Shown piece after piece: positions 34,701 to 47,516 of a stretch of 64,000 nucleotides of DNA; position 1 is the stretch's first letter; the number at the start of each line of letters is the position of its first letter. Where the stretch lies: contig JAHLWZ010000848.1 in the NCBI GenBank assembly GCA_020536535.1, positions 11,994-75,993 of the forward strand, given 5' to 3'. The stretch comes from Pelomyxa schiedti (Eukaryota; Protista; Evosea). The notes below the pieces were generated by a model that worked only from the letters and a program-made list of their open reading frames with translations, was not told where the DNA came from and made no database searches. Position numbers and translations under genes: made by a program.

Positions 34701-37700
34701 GCAACAAATTTATCAGAATCTTTGGCCTCTGTTCCTAAAATATCCAGAACAAGCTGCCATCCATTTGTCAGCATTTGTCCCGCAGTTTGAATCAGCTTTA
34801 GCAAAGACTCGAGTGCTTTTATGTGCGTATCAGGAAACGGGGAGCGGATTAACTCTTGCAGTGTCTTGAGAAATTTCACCTGCACGGAATCAGCATAAAA
34901 GAGTTTGTCAAGAGGGGGAAAAGACAAACAAACCTGCATCTTAGCTGATAATGGTGTCTGATCAGAAGCAGTCTCACTTGGGACGTGTCGCATTGCAGCT
35001 AACACTAGATCCAGGTAAGAAGTGAGAATGAAGGAACGGACTCCAGAGTTCTGGGCAAGTTTTCAGAAGGTGAAACCAATTTCCATGTTGTAACCTTGTG
35101 TTTAGTAATTTCACCAATGTGCCCACAAAAACAGTCCCACAATTCATCCAGACGACCAACATTCAATTGAGCAACACTCATCAATTTTAACAGTGAGAAA
35201 TTGAGCACTGGCTATATGTATGGAGTCAGTGTAAGAAGTTTGTAATTATTTGGAGTATACCATTGAAGATTCAGGGCTATCAACAACTGTCATAGCTTTA
35301 AGAGTTTGACCAGAAAGTCTGATGTTGTAGTTTCTTAAAAGAATTCCGATTTTTTGTTGGGTACTTACAAAACGAGGTGTTGGATGACACAGCAAACGCT
35401 ACTTGTTTCCAAGTTCACTGTAGTTTGCCAGATAGTGTTTATGGAGTCTTTAATGATACCAATATCAGAGTGAGAAGTATCCTAGAAACGGGTTGTTAGG
35501 TTGCTTTAGTTCAAACAAAGCTCATAAACACTTTTTCAGCCGGGTGGCTTGACAGAATCAAATGAATTTGTTCGATGGTCTTTAAAATCAGACCCCAGCT
35601 GCTGTCTAAAATGTTTCCCATTCCATTGGCTATATTGAGGAGAGTCTAAAGTTGTGTTGCTTCTCTCACTCGGATAAGAATGAAAAAGACCTTGATACAC
35701 TGAATATTCTTGAAAGTGAACAGATCAGGCTTATTTGCCTCCGGCCTTCCTTTTTCTGATGCTTCTGGTTGCGAGGCGGGCATACAGGCCCTAAAACCAA
35801 CAAATAAAAAAAAAAGATTGCGGACAGCAAAAGTGGCAAAAAAAAACGCACTTGCATAGCAACGTAACAAATGTTTCACGGGGCTTAATAAGTTGGTATG
35901 TTCCAAGCAGGAAAACCATATCCTCCATGACTTTAAATAATTGCTGCAATTGGTATTAGAAGAGCTTGAAATTTTAAAGAGCACGACCAAACAGAAGGAT
36001 TCTTCATGAACGCGTTTTAGTGCTCCACCTATTGCGTTGTAGACGACGGGGGCAGCGTCTCCAACCATGAGGGAAAACAACTGTATTACAACTTCAGTGA
36101 GAGGAGTTGCAGGGAGGTCTCCGTACCTTGTAGCTGTCTGGGTGTGCTTGCAGAGTTTGAGTGAGCTTGGTGAGGGAGCTAGTGAGGGTAATAAGTCCAA
36201 TCAAGCCAATGTAGCAGCGGTAGCTGTTGGATATCACTGGTGGCTGTGTAACTGTAAGTTTGTCCAAACTGTTGAAAATTAGTCGTCACCAGGATGCCAC
36301 AAACTAAGAAGGATACCACTTATTTCTGGAATTGGCGCCATCTTCAATTGAGAACTGGCCCCAATCCAACTTGAAGGACTGTTGGATAAAATGTCCAACA
36401 GCTTCCACCATTTCTTTGTAGAGCTTGGTCTCTTCACTTTCTTTCGCATCACATTGAGAATAGATTGCACTAAGCTTGTGAGTGTGCCAAACAGAAGAAA
36501 AAGAAATTACCTCAGTAAAGGTTTATCAGAGAAGAATTGCCGGTAAACCTCGAGTACCAATACATGAAGCCAGATGGGTGCCTCACTTTTCATAATCTTA
36601 GACAATCGTATGAGTAGAACTTCCGTTTCACTGATCTGCACAGCGTATAAGTACCAACAAATACACTTCACCGTTTACATAAGTTGATGCGAAGTGAACA
36701 GTGAAAGTAGACAGTAATCTTAGCAGCCTCACTGCAAGAAGGTAGTCATGGGAAATTTTCAGGAAACTTCGGATCATAAGTTGGCAAATTCTGTCTGGAA
36801 GCAATCTGCTGAATTCCGGCATCTACTTTGAAGTAAATATTAACATCGACTTCCTCACCAACCTTTGAGAAAAGGGTGTGATGTGTTGATAGTATCATGT
36901 CAAGAAGTTCGAGGCCAAAAGTAGGGAGAAGAGTGGAAATATGTAAAAAGGAGGGAATATCTCCACACATCAGAGAACATATGTCCTGTATGTGTCTAAA
37001 CTGTAAATTCAACTTAGGTTGTAGGTACCTCAGTGAGTAGGAATGCATCTCTGGCACATGGTTGAAGTGACGCCACAACAGGATTCATGACCACAGCCCT
37101 TGACGATGGAGCAGGGATCATTTTCGATGTGGGCTTGCTTGGAGTGGGTGCTTTTGTAGTCTTTGTGTCAGCAGTTTTTGGTGTTTCAGCCGGCTTTGAG
37201 GTGGCTGTTGCGGTGTGTTTAGGTGTTTCAGCGGCAGTTTCTGTAGTGGCGGCGGCGGCGGCGGCGGTGGTTGTAGTAGTGGTACTTGTTGTGGGTGCAG
37301 GTGGTTCCTCAGGCTTTTTCTCATCCACAGGTGGTGTTTCTGTGGTTGGGCTGGAACTCTCTGCTTGCGTGGTTGTATGCTGCTGATCACCTAAATCACT
37401 CGAAGATTGATTATTGGAAACTCCATGTGAGGAAGACTCAGATTCATCGGTTGTTTTTTCTGTGGTCTTGGTGGGTGTAGAGACAACCTCAACTACATAG
37501 AAAATTAAAGGTTTTGTTTGCGGGAAAGATACAACCTGGCTCAGGGGAGCTTCTCTTAAGTTCGTCAACTGCTCTGTGTTATATTATTACTCCCTATGTC
37601 TCAATTTTGTTGCCAATAACCTTTCAAACAATGTTGAAATCATCACTGGTAAGGTATGCGCAGCAGTCGATTTCACTGCTGGAGCGGCTCGTGCATGTAG

Positions 37701-38318
37701 TGTGAAGCTTATATCCAAAGACTGAAATGGTTTACAACAAACTCAATTAAGATAAGGGAATTACCCGTGCAAGTAATTCACCATGAAGATTTTGGTTTGA
37801 GGACACCAGCGTTGTGATTGCAGACAGTGCCTTGACTTGCAGCTCCTCTGGGACCTTCTCTCCTGTGAGAGAACTCATAAGGGTCAATAAAACCGTCAAG
37901 TTTTTCTGTCAGTGTTAATCATGAGCCTAAAGATTCTACCCACCTCTGACACTGCATTGGCAGAAACGAGTTTTTGAATTAATAGTATTCCTAATGATAA
38001 CAACCGCTGATTTTTAGAGTCAAACGACAACTTGATAGGATCAATGATCTCTTCAGCTGAAGCAATTTCTTTGTGGTGTGAGGTTTTTTCCTTATTTTAT
38101 TTATACGATTCACCTTCTATCCATTGAGCTTGGTCCAATTTTCCCATTGAACTAAGTTTGAGAACTGCAATTTCTGCGCTCTAAGCAAATACTTTGTAAA
38201 AACGACAAAGGGGTGCATGAAGGGAATAGAAAAAAACCTGTTTAATACTATTATATTTCTTTCCGGCTTCGACGGAAATCGCCTTAAGGTCGCCTTGTAA
38301 CAGAGTGATCAAGTTCAT
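31744..38318 (-). CDS. MON2: Protein MON2 homolog (Sec7/ArfGEF-related scaffold), many exons
   Basis: MNLITLLQGDLKAISVEAGKKY N-terminus; TFGLELLDMILSTH; TFKNIQCIK; LNVGRLDELW; ERADVRTSGLSTLLKTLTTHG; LYPCLVACI…VRVAIRDLL C-terminus. Confidence 0.92.
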
Positions 38319-38537
38319 GTCGAATGATCTTACGCCGGAAAGAAAAGGAGGAAAAAATGCCGCTATGTCGTAGGCGTATGTCGCCTCACCCTTTTTTTTA
38401 TTATTTGCAAAAATAGATCAACAATCTCCAAAAAGAAAAAAATTGACTGGGGGCTCTCGTCGATTCTGAGGAAAAAGAAAACTGTAGAAGTGTGCATCAA
38501 GTTACGTGAAGTTCTCTTGTTTGTGGGTTGTGGTTAT

Positions 38538-40467
38538 CTAGATAGAGCCTTGTTGGCTCTGGGACGTTGTGAGCTGGTCTAATGTGATTTGCTTCTTCTT
38601 GTTGGGTTTCCCACCCTTCAATGGGGCATGAAAAAGGGAGTACAATCTTTCAGCCTTGAGACCAGCGTTTGTTTTTTGTTTAGGGACAGAAGATATTTGT
38701 ACCTTACGTGGTCCAAATCCAGGACAGGTGGACAGTTCTTCAATTGAGGCAGAAGCTATGCTCGACAGAGACTGGATTTGGAATGAGAATTGGGAAATAC
38801 GGAAATAACTTACACCAAAATGTGTTGCAAGAGTGACTACATCTGTTTTGTTGATAAACCGGCAGGATGTCAAGACCTCTGTGAGCTTGTGGAGGGAGTG
38901 AAAAAGATATTTTTAACGAAAAACCAATAATAAAATTAATGGAAAAAAGAAACCTAAAAGTTTCTCACCCTTTGAAAGTAATCATCTGAGCTGGAAGCCA
39001 GCCGTTCCTTTATGATGTCGGCTGGCTTATTTTCATATAGTTTGTAAGTTTCAATATACCTAGCACATTCCTCTTTGCTGGTGTCGATTAAAAAAAGAGG
39101 CATGGATAAGAGGAGTACCTCCAAGAGACTATCATTGTCATGGAGCCAGCGAAACATATTTTGGTTAGCTCTTTGATTGATTGTGTGGAGTCTTCCTTCC
39201 TGTGTGTTAAAGGAAGGTTTCTGTTGTATACTTACAGTGTCAACTAGTACAAGTAACAGACGCAATGCGTATCCCTTTCTGAGAAATAATTGAGAGTGAG
39301 GAAAGGGTAGTCATCGAGGAAACCAACAATAGATCTATCCTTGTGGCAATGTATTTGGGATGCAACATGTGGTAACGCAAACTGGTGGATTGTGTGGGAG
39401 AATAGAACAATCAGAAAGTAGAATTACCTTAAGAATAATGCTACTGTGGAGTCACTGATTTGAAAATCAGCAACAGTTTCTCCAAAAACCCATGCCACAT
39501 TTTTCAGTAACTTGCTCATAATCAATGGGGAGATAATAAAACAAAAGTTGAGGGAAACCTTCATCATTCTATTACTTTCCTACAGAAAGTAGTTGAAAAT
39601 TAGGAACGAACACAGTGAGAAGAAGCTCGCTTAGCACACCTGATTTCTGTTAACAATAATTGTAGGGTGCCCCGGCCTTGGGTTGCCCTGCAAAACAGTC
39701 AAGGGAGGACTTGTTGATTGAGGCGGCGGCCTGCTGCTCACAGGCAACACAGGCACCGTCGCAGCAGCGACCGCGGCGTGATACGCAAATGGCTGAAGCG
39801 AGCGAGCACCCTCGCCGGGAGGAGCAATCCTCGGCAGTTTGCTGCCCCCCCCTGAGCTCGAGTTCGGCGCTGCGCTCAGAGTGCCGGCGCCATTCGCACC
39901 AAGCGGCGGGGGTGGCCGAGAGGAGTTTGCTGCCGCGCAGGAAGCGGGCTGTCCAACAACCACAACGGAGCGGAGACCACTGCCCGAGGCACCAGTGCCG
40001 CTCGCACTCGAAAAGTAAGGCGACGTGATCGCAGTGTGGTGAGAGCTCTTATCGCCACTGCAACTGGAGTGACTGTGGCTGGTGCTGCTACTGCTGCTCA
40101 CACACGTAGTAGAAGTTGGTGAGGGGACTGAGCAAGGCCCCGAGGACGAGGGCACAGAGGGAGTGGTGGTGACGGCCGCGAGATCGTCGTGAGACGAGAT
40201 GGAGATGGCGGCGTCGGCGTCCGAGGCGGTCGAGGCCGAGGCCGATGCGGTGGCGCCGCTGCCGCCGGGTGTGAATTGTAGCTTGGGGGGAGCCGCTCGG
40301 TCGCGAAGCAGCTCGTCCGCGGTGGGAATGTGCACCGTGATGATTTTCCTGTTGTGGTGTGCACCAGTACTTGCACTGCTGCACGACCCAGGCGGCTGCT
40401 GAGGAGAAGTAGTGCTTGGTGCCACTGCGTCTGGTGGGTCGTCCCCACCGTTGGATGCCGCGCTCAT
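38538..40467 (-). CDS. ERCC1: DNA excision repair protein ERCC1 with long low-complexity N-terminus
   Basis: IIVNRNQ; ADFQISDSTVALFL|SLRYHMLHPKYI; EECARYIETYKLYENKPADII; HhH2 INKTDVVTL…CPGFGPRK|AERL. Confidence 0.95.
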
Positions 40468-40652
40468 TTCACCAGGAACAGATCTCCCCAGTGAGGATCA
40501 CGTTGCTCTGAACAAGTCCATCTCAACTGACACATTACCCTTCAATCCATCTCCGAGCACACTCCTCATGTCTGGGATTTGTCCAAGGAAACTCAACGAG
40601 CTCTCTGAGTGCCTGTTAAAACGACCAATCACTTGAAAGGAAAAAAACCGAA

Positions 40653-41503
40653 ATGAACGTGCAGCGGAGAAACCAGTTCGGGTCGTCCCAAATATACAAG
40701 GCGAGGTGGTCGCCCAGGTCCATGTCTGGTTGTTTCTTGGGTTTTTTCCCTCTGTTTTGTGCTTACGGGACAAATGAACGCAGGGGAGGCAGTGGAAGAG
40801 GCCCACCTTAACAGACTGTTTGAGGCTGCACACTGGGCACCGAGCGCGTACAACAACCAACCCTGGAGATTCGTTTACGTGATGAGGAATACTCCTCAGT
40901 GGCATTTGCTGTTCGACTGCCTTGTGGCATTCAATCAAGGCTGGTGCGCGAAGGTATCTTCATCAGCTCACTTAATAAAGTGCCGCCTCGCACATAATTT
41001 CTTTACTTACTTCATTACTGACTTCCTTATTTTACTCAACTGTCACTAGGCCGGTGCCCTTATCCTAGTACTGTCTAGGAATTTGTTTGAACATAACGGG
41101 AAGCCCAATCCTACACACGCATTTGATGCCGGCGCAGCGTGGATGCAACTTGCTCTCGAGGCTTCTCAGATTGATTTAGTCTGCCACTGCATGAGTGGTT
41201 TTGACTATGATAAAGTCCGCCGAGGTACTACCAGTCTAACCCACACAAATCCATTTCCAATTCCCCTCTCCAATCCACACAAAACAACCAGATCTTTCTC
41301 TGCACGAGGAGTGGACTCCACAGGCAATTGTGGCCGTTGGCAAGCCCGCACCTGCAGAGCAACTGCCTCCGGAAATCGTGAAAGGGGATCTGGCCATGTC
41401 TGGTAGGAAGGCTGTTGGCGAGATTGCAGTTCCACTTAGCACGTGGATGGGTGTGACTGAAGGCACCTCCACAGTCTCAACCATTTCCTGGGGCAAACTA
41501 TAA
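40653..41503 (+). CDS. Nitroreductase-family flavoprotein, bacterial type
   Basis: RWSPRSMS|GE; EAAHWAPSAYNNQPWRF; FDAGAAWMQLALEA…HCMSGFD; AVGKP; 3 introns. Confidence 0.93.
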
Positions 41504-41587
41504 CAGATCACCCACCACGGGCATCCTTCCCGGAAGCATCAAAAACTATCGAAAAAAAAAATTTTTCCATTTGCTGAAAATTTTACA

Positions 41588-43880
41588 ATGGAAGAGGCAC
41601 TGTTTGGATTTACGGTCGTGCAGCTCCGTGCCATGCTCAAGCACGAGTCGTTGACCACCACAGGCCTCAAAGCGGTTCTCGTGCAGCGCCTTGGGGAGCA
41701 CTACCTGGCACACCCTGAGACGTGCCCGCCTGAGCTCAGGGCCCATTGTTCGGCACAACTTGATGCTGCCGACGACCCACAATCCACTTCCACTGTACCT
41801 TCGGAATCCCCAGCGAAAGCAACAGCAAAGGGAAAACCAAAAGCGGCCACGAGGAAAACAGCATCAGCAGCCACGAAGACGACGGTTCGGACGCGGGGAG
41901 GTGGTTCGGAGAAGATATCAAGTGCGCGTGCCTCTTCTTCCAGGAAGAAGAAGGCCAGCGATGAGGACGAAGAAGAAGACCAACTGAGTGATTCACTTGG
42001 TGAAAGTGATGATTCTCTTGAAGATATATTGGAGGACATGGAAAAGACACATCTGGGTAATTGTTGCCTCGATTGCATACACCAAAATTCACCCTTGCCA
42101 AAGCTGGGAAACCAAGAAGTGCTGCACAAATTTCGAGATGGATAAAGGTAGCGCGGTCAATTGGATAATACCTTGTTGATTTACTGCAGTTTGACTCACT
42201 ACTCTTATACTCAAGTCAAGATGATATAATGCCTTCCACATCCGTCTATGGATTTGACATGGACGACACTCTAATAGAGGTTAATCAGCAACTTAGTGTT
42301 TTTTTTTACACTTCAGCGTTGACCGACTGAGTATAGACAAAATCTGGTCGCACCTTTGCTACCAGCCGCATTGATTGGAAATGGATTGATAAATGTGTAC
42401 CAGAGGTGTTGCAAAAATTAGCTGCTAGCGGGTTGGTTAACACCCCACAGTGGGTAGCTATTTGGTTGTATTTCACACTTCCAAGGAAAAAGGTTGTAAT
42501 ATTCACCAATCAAGCTGGGATAAACTCGATGCATGGCCATGACCCGTCAAAGGAAGCAATGATAACAGGAAAAATCGAAGATATAATTTCTACAGTACTC
42601 ACCCCAATCTCCTCTTTTTTACTCTCAAAGAAAAAAGTTGAACATACCAATACAAGTCCTTATTGCTACAGCAGATGACGTATATAGGAAACCAGGGACT
42701 GCACTATGGAACGTTTTTATTGAAAAACTGAATGGCGGGGTGACCCCAAGTACAACTTTTTTCCCCCCCACTTTCTTGTTTTGGATTTCTCACTCGAGAG
42801 CAAGACCCCGATGAATCAGCATTCGTAGGTGATGCTGCAGGTAGACCAGCTGGGTGGGCAACTGGGAAAAAACAAGATTTCTCCTGTTCTGATAGAAAAT
42901 TTGGTGCGAAGATTCTAACTACATTCTGCCTAAAACTAAGTTTCAGTTGAAAGCTTTCAACCTAGGAATCAAATTTTTTACTCCTGAAATGTTCTTTTTT
43001 GGGCAACAAGACGTTCCTTTTGATTGGGGTTCAGTAAACATCTCAGGAATACCAGAATGTATGCTGTACCAATAAAGAATATGTATAACTAGTAAACAGA
43101 TGGCCCGATTATTGATGGAGATGAGAGCACTATAACTTCAGCTCAACCTGAGATGATAGTTTTTGTTGGTACCATAGAACTCGGTTGGAACACCATGTAA
43201 CCCTTTTAGGCTTCCCTGCCAGTGGAAAAAGTACTTTTGCAAAGACCCATCTTGTTCCACACAATTACGTGCACATAAATAGAGATACACTGCAAACACA
43301 GGAAAAATGCGTTGCAGGTGCGACAGAGGCACTACGCAGGTGTGATATCACCGTTTTGTGAGAACGGTTTTAAAACGCAACACAGTGGCTCCAGTGTTGT
43401 CATTGATAACACCAATCCATCACAAGCTATCAGATCAGCGTACATCAAAATCGCACAACAGTGTAAGCTCTGAAATCTCGACATATATTACCTTTGAAGA
43501 TAATTTAACAAACAAAGTTGGGGTACCTGTCAGGTGCTTCCGCTTTGATGTAGAAGAAGACCTAGCCATGCACCTAAACCATTACCGCGAACAAATCACC
43601 CAAGGGAGCAGCGCACATGTTCCCAGGATTGGTACGCACGTACACCAAAATACCGCTTCCTGTCTCGCTAATTAGTTGCTTTGTTGTAGGCTATGCCATG
43701 TACAAGAAGCAGTTTGAGGAACCAGTTCTATCTGAAGGGTATGCAAAACAAAACAACCAATGTTCCAAAACACAAACAACCAAACCAAAAACCCAAAGGT
43801 TCTCCGAGGTACGACACGTCCGTTTTGTGGCCAAATTCGACACACCAGAGCAGAGGAAAATGTTCATGTTTATGCACTGA
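41588..43880 (+). CDS. PNKP: Polynucleotide kinase 3'-phosphatase with N-terminal SAP domain
   Basis: SAP TVVQLRAMLKHESLTTTGLKAVLVQRL; HAD GFDMDDTLI, FTNQAG, RKP, VGDAAGR, DFSCSDRKF; kinase GFPASGKST, INRDTL, VIDNTN. Confidence 0.95.
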
Positions 43881-44113
43881 CCATTTTTATAAAATGTGCA
43901 TTTTCGGGAATGAACCCTGTGTGACCTGCCGAATGTCACTCACGGATTTTGCAACGAAACTCGCCTTCGCCCTTTTTTTTTCGTTTTTATTTTGAAAGGG
44001 AAGTGACAAGAAGAAATTGTAATTTCACACAAGAGGAAGCCCGACAACAACCAAACAAAAAAAAAAGGTCACCACCCCCAAACAGCAAGTTGCTTCCGTT
44101 GGCTCGCCATACG

Positions 44114-45310
44114 ATGCAGCAGGCGACCGTGCAAACCCACAAAAGTCCCACCAGGGGGGCTGTATTCTCGCCCCCTCCCGCTCCCATTCCCAGCTCCCCC
44201 TCCCTCTCCATCTCCCCCTCCCTCCTTGTCCTCTACTCCCCCCCAAACAACCCCGGTACCGCCAGCAGCAGCAGCAACTTCCGGTCGCCGAGCACGTCCC
44301 CCAATGCATCCCCGCTGTTCCCCTCGTCGTCTGGGGTGAGTGCCGCGTCGTCGGCGGTGCTGGGGGCCGCGAGGCTGTCCCACTCGTGCACCAGGCTGCA
44401 GTCCCTGTGCCAGTCCCGCCCGGACCTCTACGCCGCGGCGGTGAGCGGCATCGACGAGCTCTGCCGCTCCCTCTCCGCCTCCGACCCCGCGCCCGCCCAC
44501 CCGGGCACCCAGGACCGCGTCTCCCCGCCTCTGTCCTTCTTCGTGCACATAGACTCGCACTCCCCCACGCTGCAGCAGAAGTCCCAGCCCCAATCCCAGT
44601 CCCAACACCCGTCCCAGTCCCAGCCAGAGGCACAGCCTCAAGCCACGCAGCCGCATCGCCGCCGGTCCCAGTCGCCGCACTCCTGCCACTCCACATCGTA
44701 CACACCAGCGGCAACAATCACTGGAGTACCCCCAGGCACCAGCCCGGTGTATCTGGGTATCACGCCAAGCCAATCACTGTCCTCCATGAGCTCGACAGGC
44801 ACCCCACCATCCGCACGGTTTTCGCCAGAACCACAGCTGGTACCTGACATGAACCCCCCACAAGGCACCGCCACCACCAACAGCATCACCCACAAGCCGC
44901 CCCCTCCCCTCCTTCCACCGAATCTATCATCACCCTCATCGGGAGCAGGAACCGGCTGCAGGAGACACACCAAACGGACCACATCACGGCCTGATGTAGC
45001 CGACCCTTGGGCCGAATTCATGCTGTCGAATGACGACGAAGACCCACCCCCATCACAATCACAATCCAAGCCAAAAACCTCAGTATCCGGCATGACACCA
45101 ACGCAGCCCATGATGAACAACACCACAACCACTGGTGGAGCTTCTCAACCCGCACATAAAACTCACAGCACCACAACAGTGCCAAACGACGAAGACCAGG
45201 AGGAAGACGACCCAGAATTGTGGGGGTCTTTGCCCCCGCCTCCTGTGTTGTGCAACACAAGGAGGACACGTGAGGGGAAGGATAATGCCTCGGCACACAA
45301 AAGTCACTGA
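44114..45310 (+). CDS. Pro/Ser/Thr-rich hypothetical protein (apparently single exon)
   Basis: Long GC-rich ORF of ~398 aa from ATG 44114; mostly disordered-looking with one short helical segment. Confidence 0.6.
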   Translation: MQQATVQTHKSPTRGAVFSPPPAPIPSSPSLSISPSLLVLYSPPNNPGTASSSSNFRSPSTSPNASPLFPSSSGVSAASSAVLGAARLSHSCTRLQSLCQSRPDLYAAAVSGIDELCRSLSASDPAPAHPGTQDRVSPPLSFFVHIDSHSPTLQQKSQPQSQSQHPSQSQPEAQPQATQPHRRRSQSPHSCHSTSYTPAATITGVPPGTSPVYLGITPSQSLSSMSSTGTPPSARFSPEPQLVPDMNPPQGTATTNSITHKPPPPLLPPNLSSPSSGAGTGCRRHTKRTTSRPDVADPWAEFMLSNDDEDPPPSQSQSKPKTSVSGMTPTQPMMNNTTTTGGASQPAHKTHSTTTVPNDEDQEEDDPELWGSLPPPPVLCNTRRTREGKDNASAHKSH

Positions 45311-45469
45311 GGAAGCTTCATTAATTTACTCAATGTGTTGTTGTTCTTGTGACTGGTGTGTCAGAGGATAAACCCCCAACGATAAAACCCACGCAAGTGC
45401 TACTGCACATGTTTAGTAAAAAAAAAAAACTATTGTACAAACCTCTACAAATCCACAATTAAGTGTCCC

Positions 45470-46878
45470 TCAAAACCCAACTTTGTCAAACATTTTGATA
45501 AGCTGGTCAGCTTGTCTGTGCAATTCTAGGCATTCACGGTGTTGGGGATGACTTTTCCCTATACTATCCAGAAGCTGTGCTTGAACAAGGCCAACAATCA
45601 CATCCGCGTGTTGCTTTGCCATTCCTGTCCATACATATGGGTAGGGGTGATACTTGAGTTCAGGGTGCTCCTTAAATGCGAGCTGGAAATAAGCTTCAAC
45701 CTTGCTTTGGAGTAATGTGAGAATTGTTCTTGCTTGGTTGATACGCCTTTTACCACATTAAGTACCATTGTGAAAAGAAGATAGAAACCAACTTGACAGG
45801 ATCAGGATTAACAGGTCCAATAATCAAGTCGTTACTTTTCAGTGCATTTGCAAAGTCACGGGATATCTGAGCAATTTGATGACTTATCCCAGTCAGTAGG
45901 CACGCCCACAAGCCATCAACTCTATCAGTCAGGGTAGCCTAAAAGTATTATTATTTCATAATAGAATACCCGTTGGGACTACCTGTTGAGATGTCTCACA
46001 CATGTGTTCTATTTTTACTCTATAGAATTCAAGAACCTCAGTCAACTTACGAAGATCCTCCAGGGGGAGTTGATAAAGACAATCGAGTCTGGCAGTCATG
46101 CTAGCAAAAAAGTTCACTTTTCTTTGAACCTTCTAGTGAGGAAAAATCACCCTAGAACGCAGCAGTCTTACAGAAAAGGCTCGCACAGTTGCGCTTTGAG
46201 TTGGTCAATACTTATTTCACCCGACTTGAGTCTGGACTTTATATCAGGGCGACGTGCAACTTCCTTTCCTTGCTCAATAGGCATGGTATACACCTTACAA
46301 TAAATATACATGTGACAGAGAACCCAAGGGGAGGTGAATTACCTCAAGTTCTACAATAAGCTCATAATCAGAAGCCAATGGCTCAAACGGGAAAAAGACA
46401 GAACCACAACTGTAAGACAACTCGCCAACAGGAACCAGCTCAGGCATTGCAGAAGCACCCCCTCGAACTCCAAAGCGCACCACAACAGCAGACGTGGAAG
46501 CTAGTCCAAACATGGATTCCGTCAGAGAAATAGCAGAAGGAAATTCCCAGCCATCACACAAACGCACACAGCACCTTCTACCATGCACTCTATATCATAG
46601 TATTCAAAAAAAAAAAATACGAAAACCTCATTAGAAAAAAAAAATACGAAAGGTAAAAAACCCCCGAAAAGGGGTATTACTGATACGTAAGAATATCGTA
46701 CTTACGTGGCTGAACCTCCGGCAAGACACTGCGTTTGCCTCATCACAGCGGAAACGCGTGTGGGCACCAAAGCAGTGCGACGGCTGGGATCTGTTGTGGC
46801 CGGGGTCGTAATCGTCCACCGAGTGTTTTGTCTGCGTCCTTCAATAACGACACAGAAAGGAGATGTATCCCGCTGCAT
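45470..46878 (-). CDS. Hypothetical protein, multi-exon
   Basis: MQRDTSPF… first exon with GTAAGT donor; exons join to a final …LIKMFDKVGF stop; no family recognised. Confidence 0.55.
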
Positions 46879-47516
46879 TCCACAAGATCTCACTCGATAG
46901 TACACACGAACCTCGCGCAGTGCTTTTGTATTTTTTCTTTTATTTTTTGAAAATGTAATAACAATCAGGAAATCCACTTGAAAAAAGATCTGCACCAACT
47001 TGAATTTCCTCCCGCCGCTGCGGCTCAAGCGTAATGAGTTAAACACGACATTTGTGCTCGTGGGAGCTAAGAATAACACGAGATGTGGCGCAGACTTACG
47101 GTACCATCCTTTTGGTTTTTGTGGAGGCATCACGACCCCGTCAAAAACTGGTAACCAGGAACACCTGCGCAAAATGGAAACTGGACAGCGAAGGCGCACT
47201 TTCTGAGGCGGTTTTGATCAATCGACACATCGGTGAAACACTTGTCAGGTTAGCCAGTTTAATTGATGTTGGCTGAGGTCATTCGAATTTTCCTTGTCAT
47301 TGTCATTGTTTCCGTATGACGCCTTTTTTCCCCCTGTGTGCTCTTGTGCGCTGTTGGAATTGCGAAGGGAAATGCGGAAACAAACAAAATTAAATCTAGA
47401 AAGGACCTGAAAAGCAACCCCAAAAAAGCCCTGGTAAGAACATTAAAAAACAAAACAAAGGCCAACCAACCAAACCCCAACAACAAAGCACCGCAGATCT
47501 ACGGTTGTGTCCAGCG

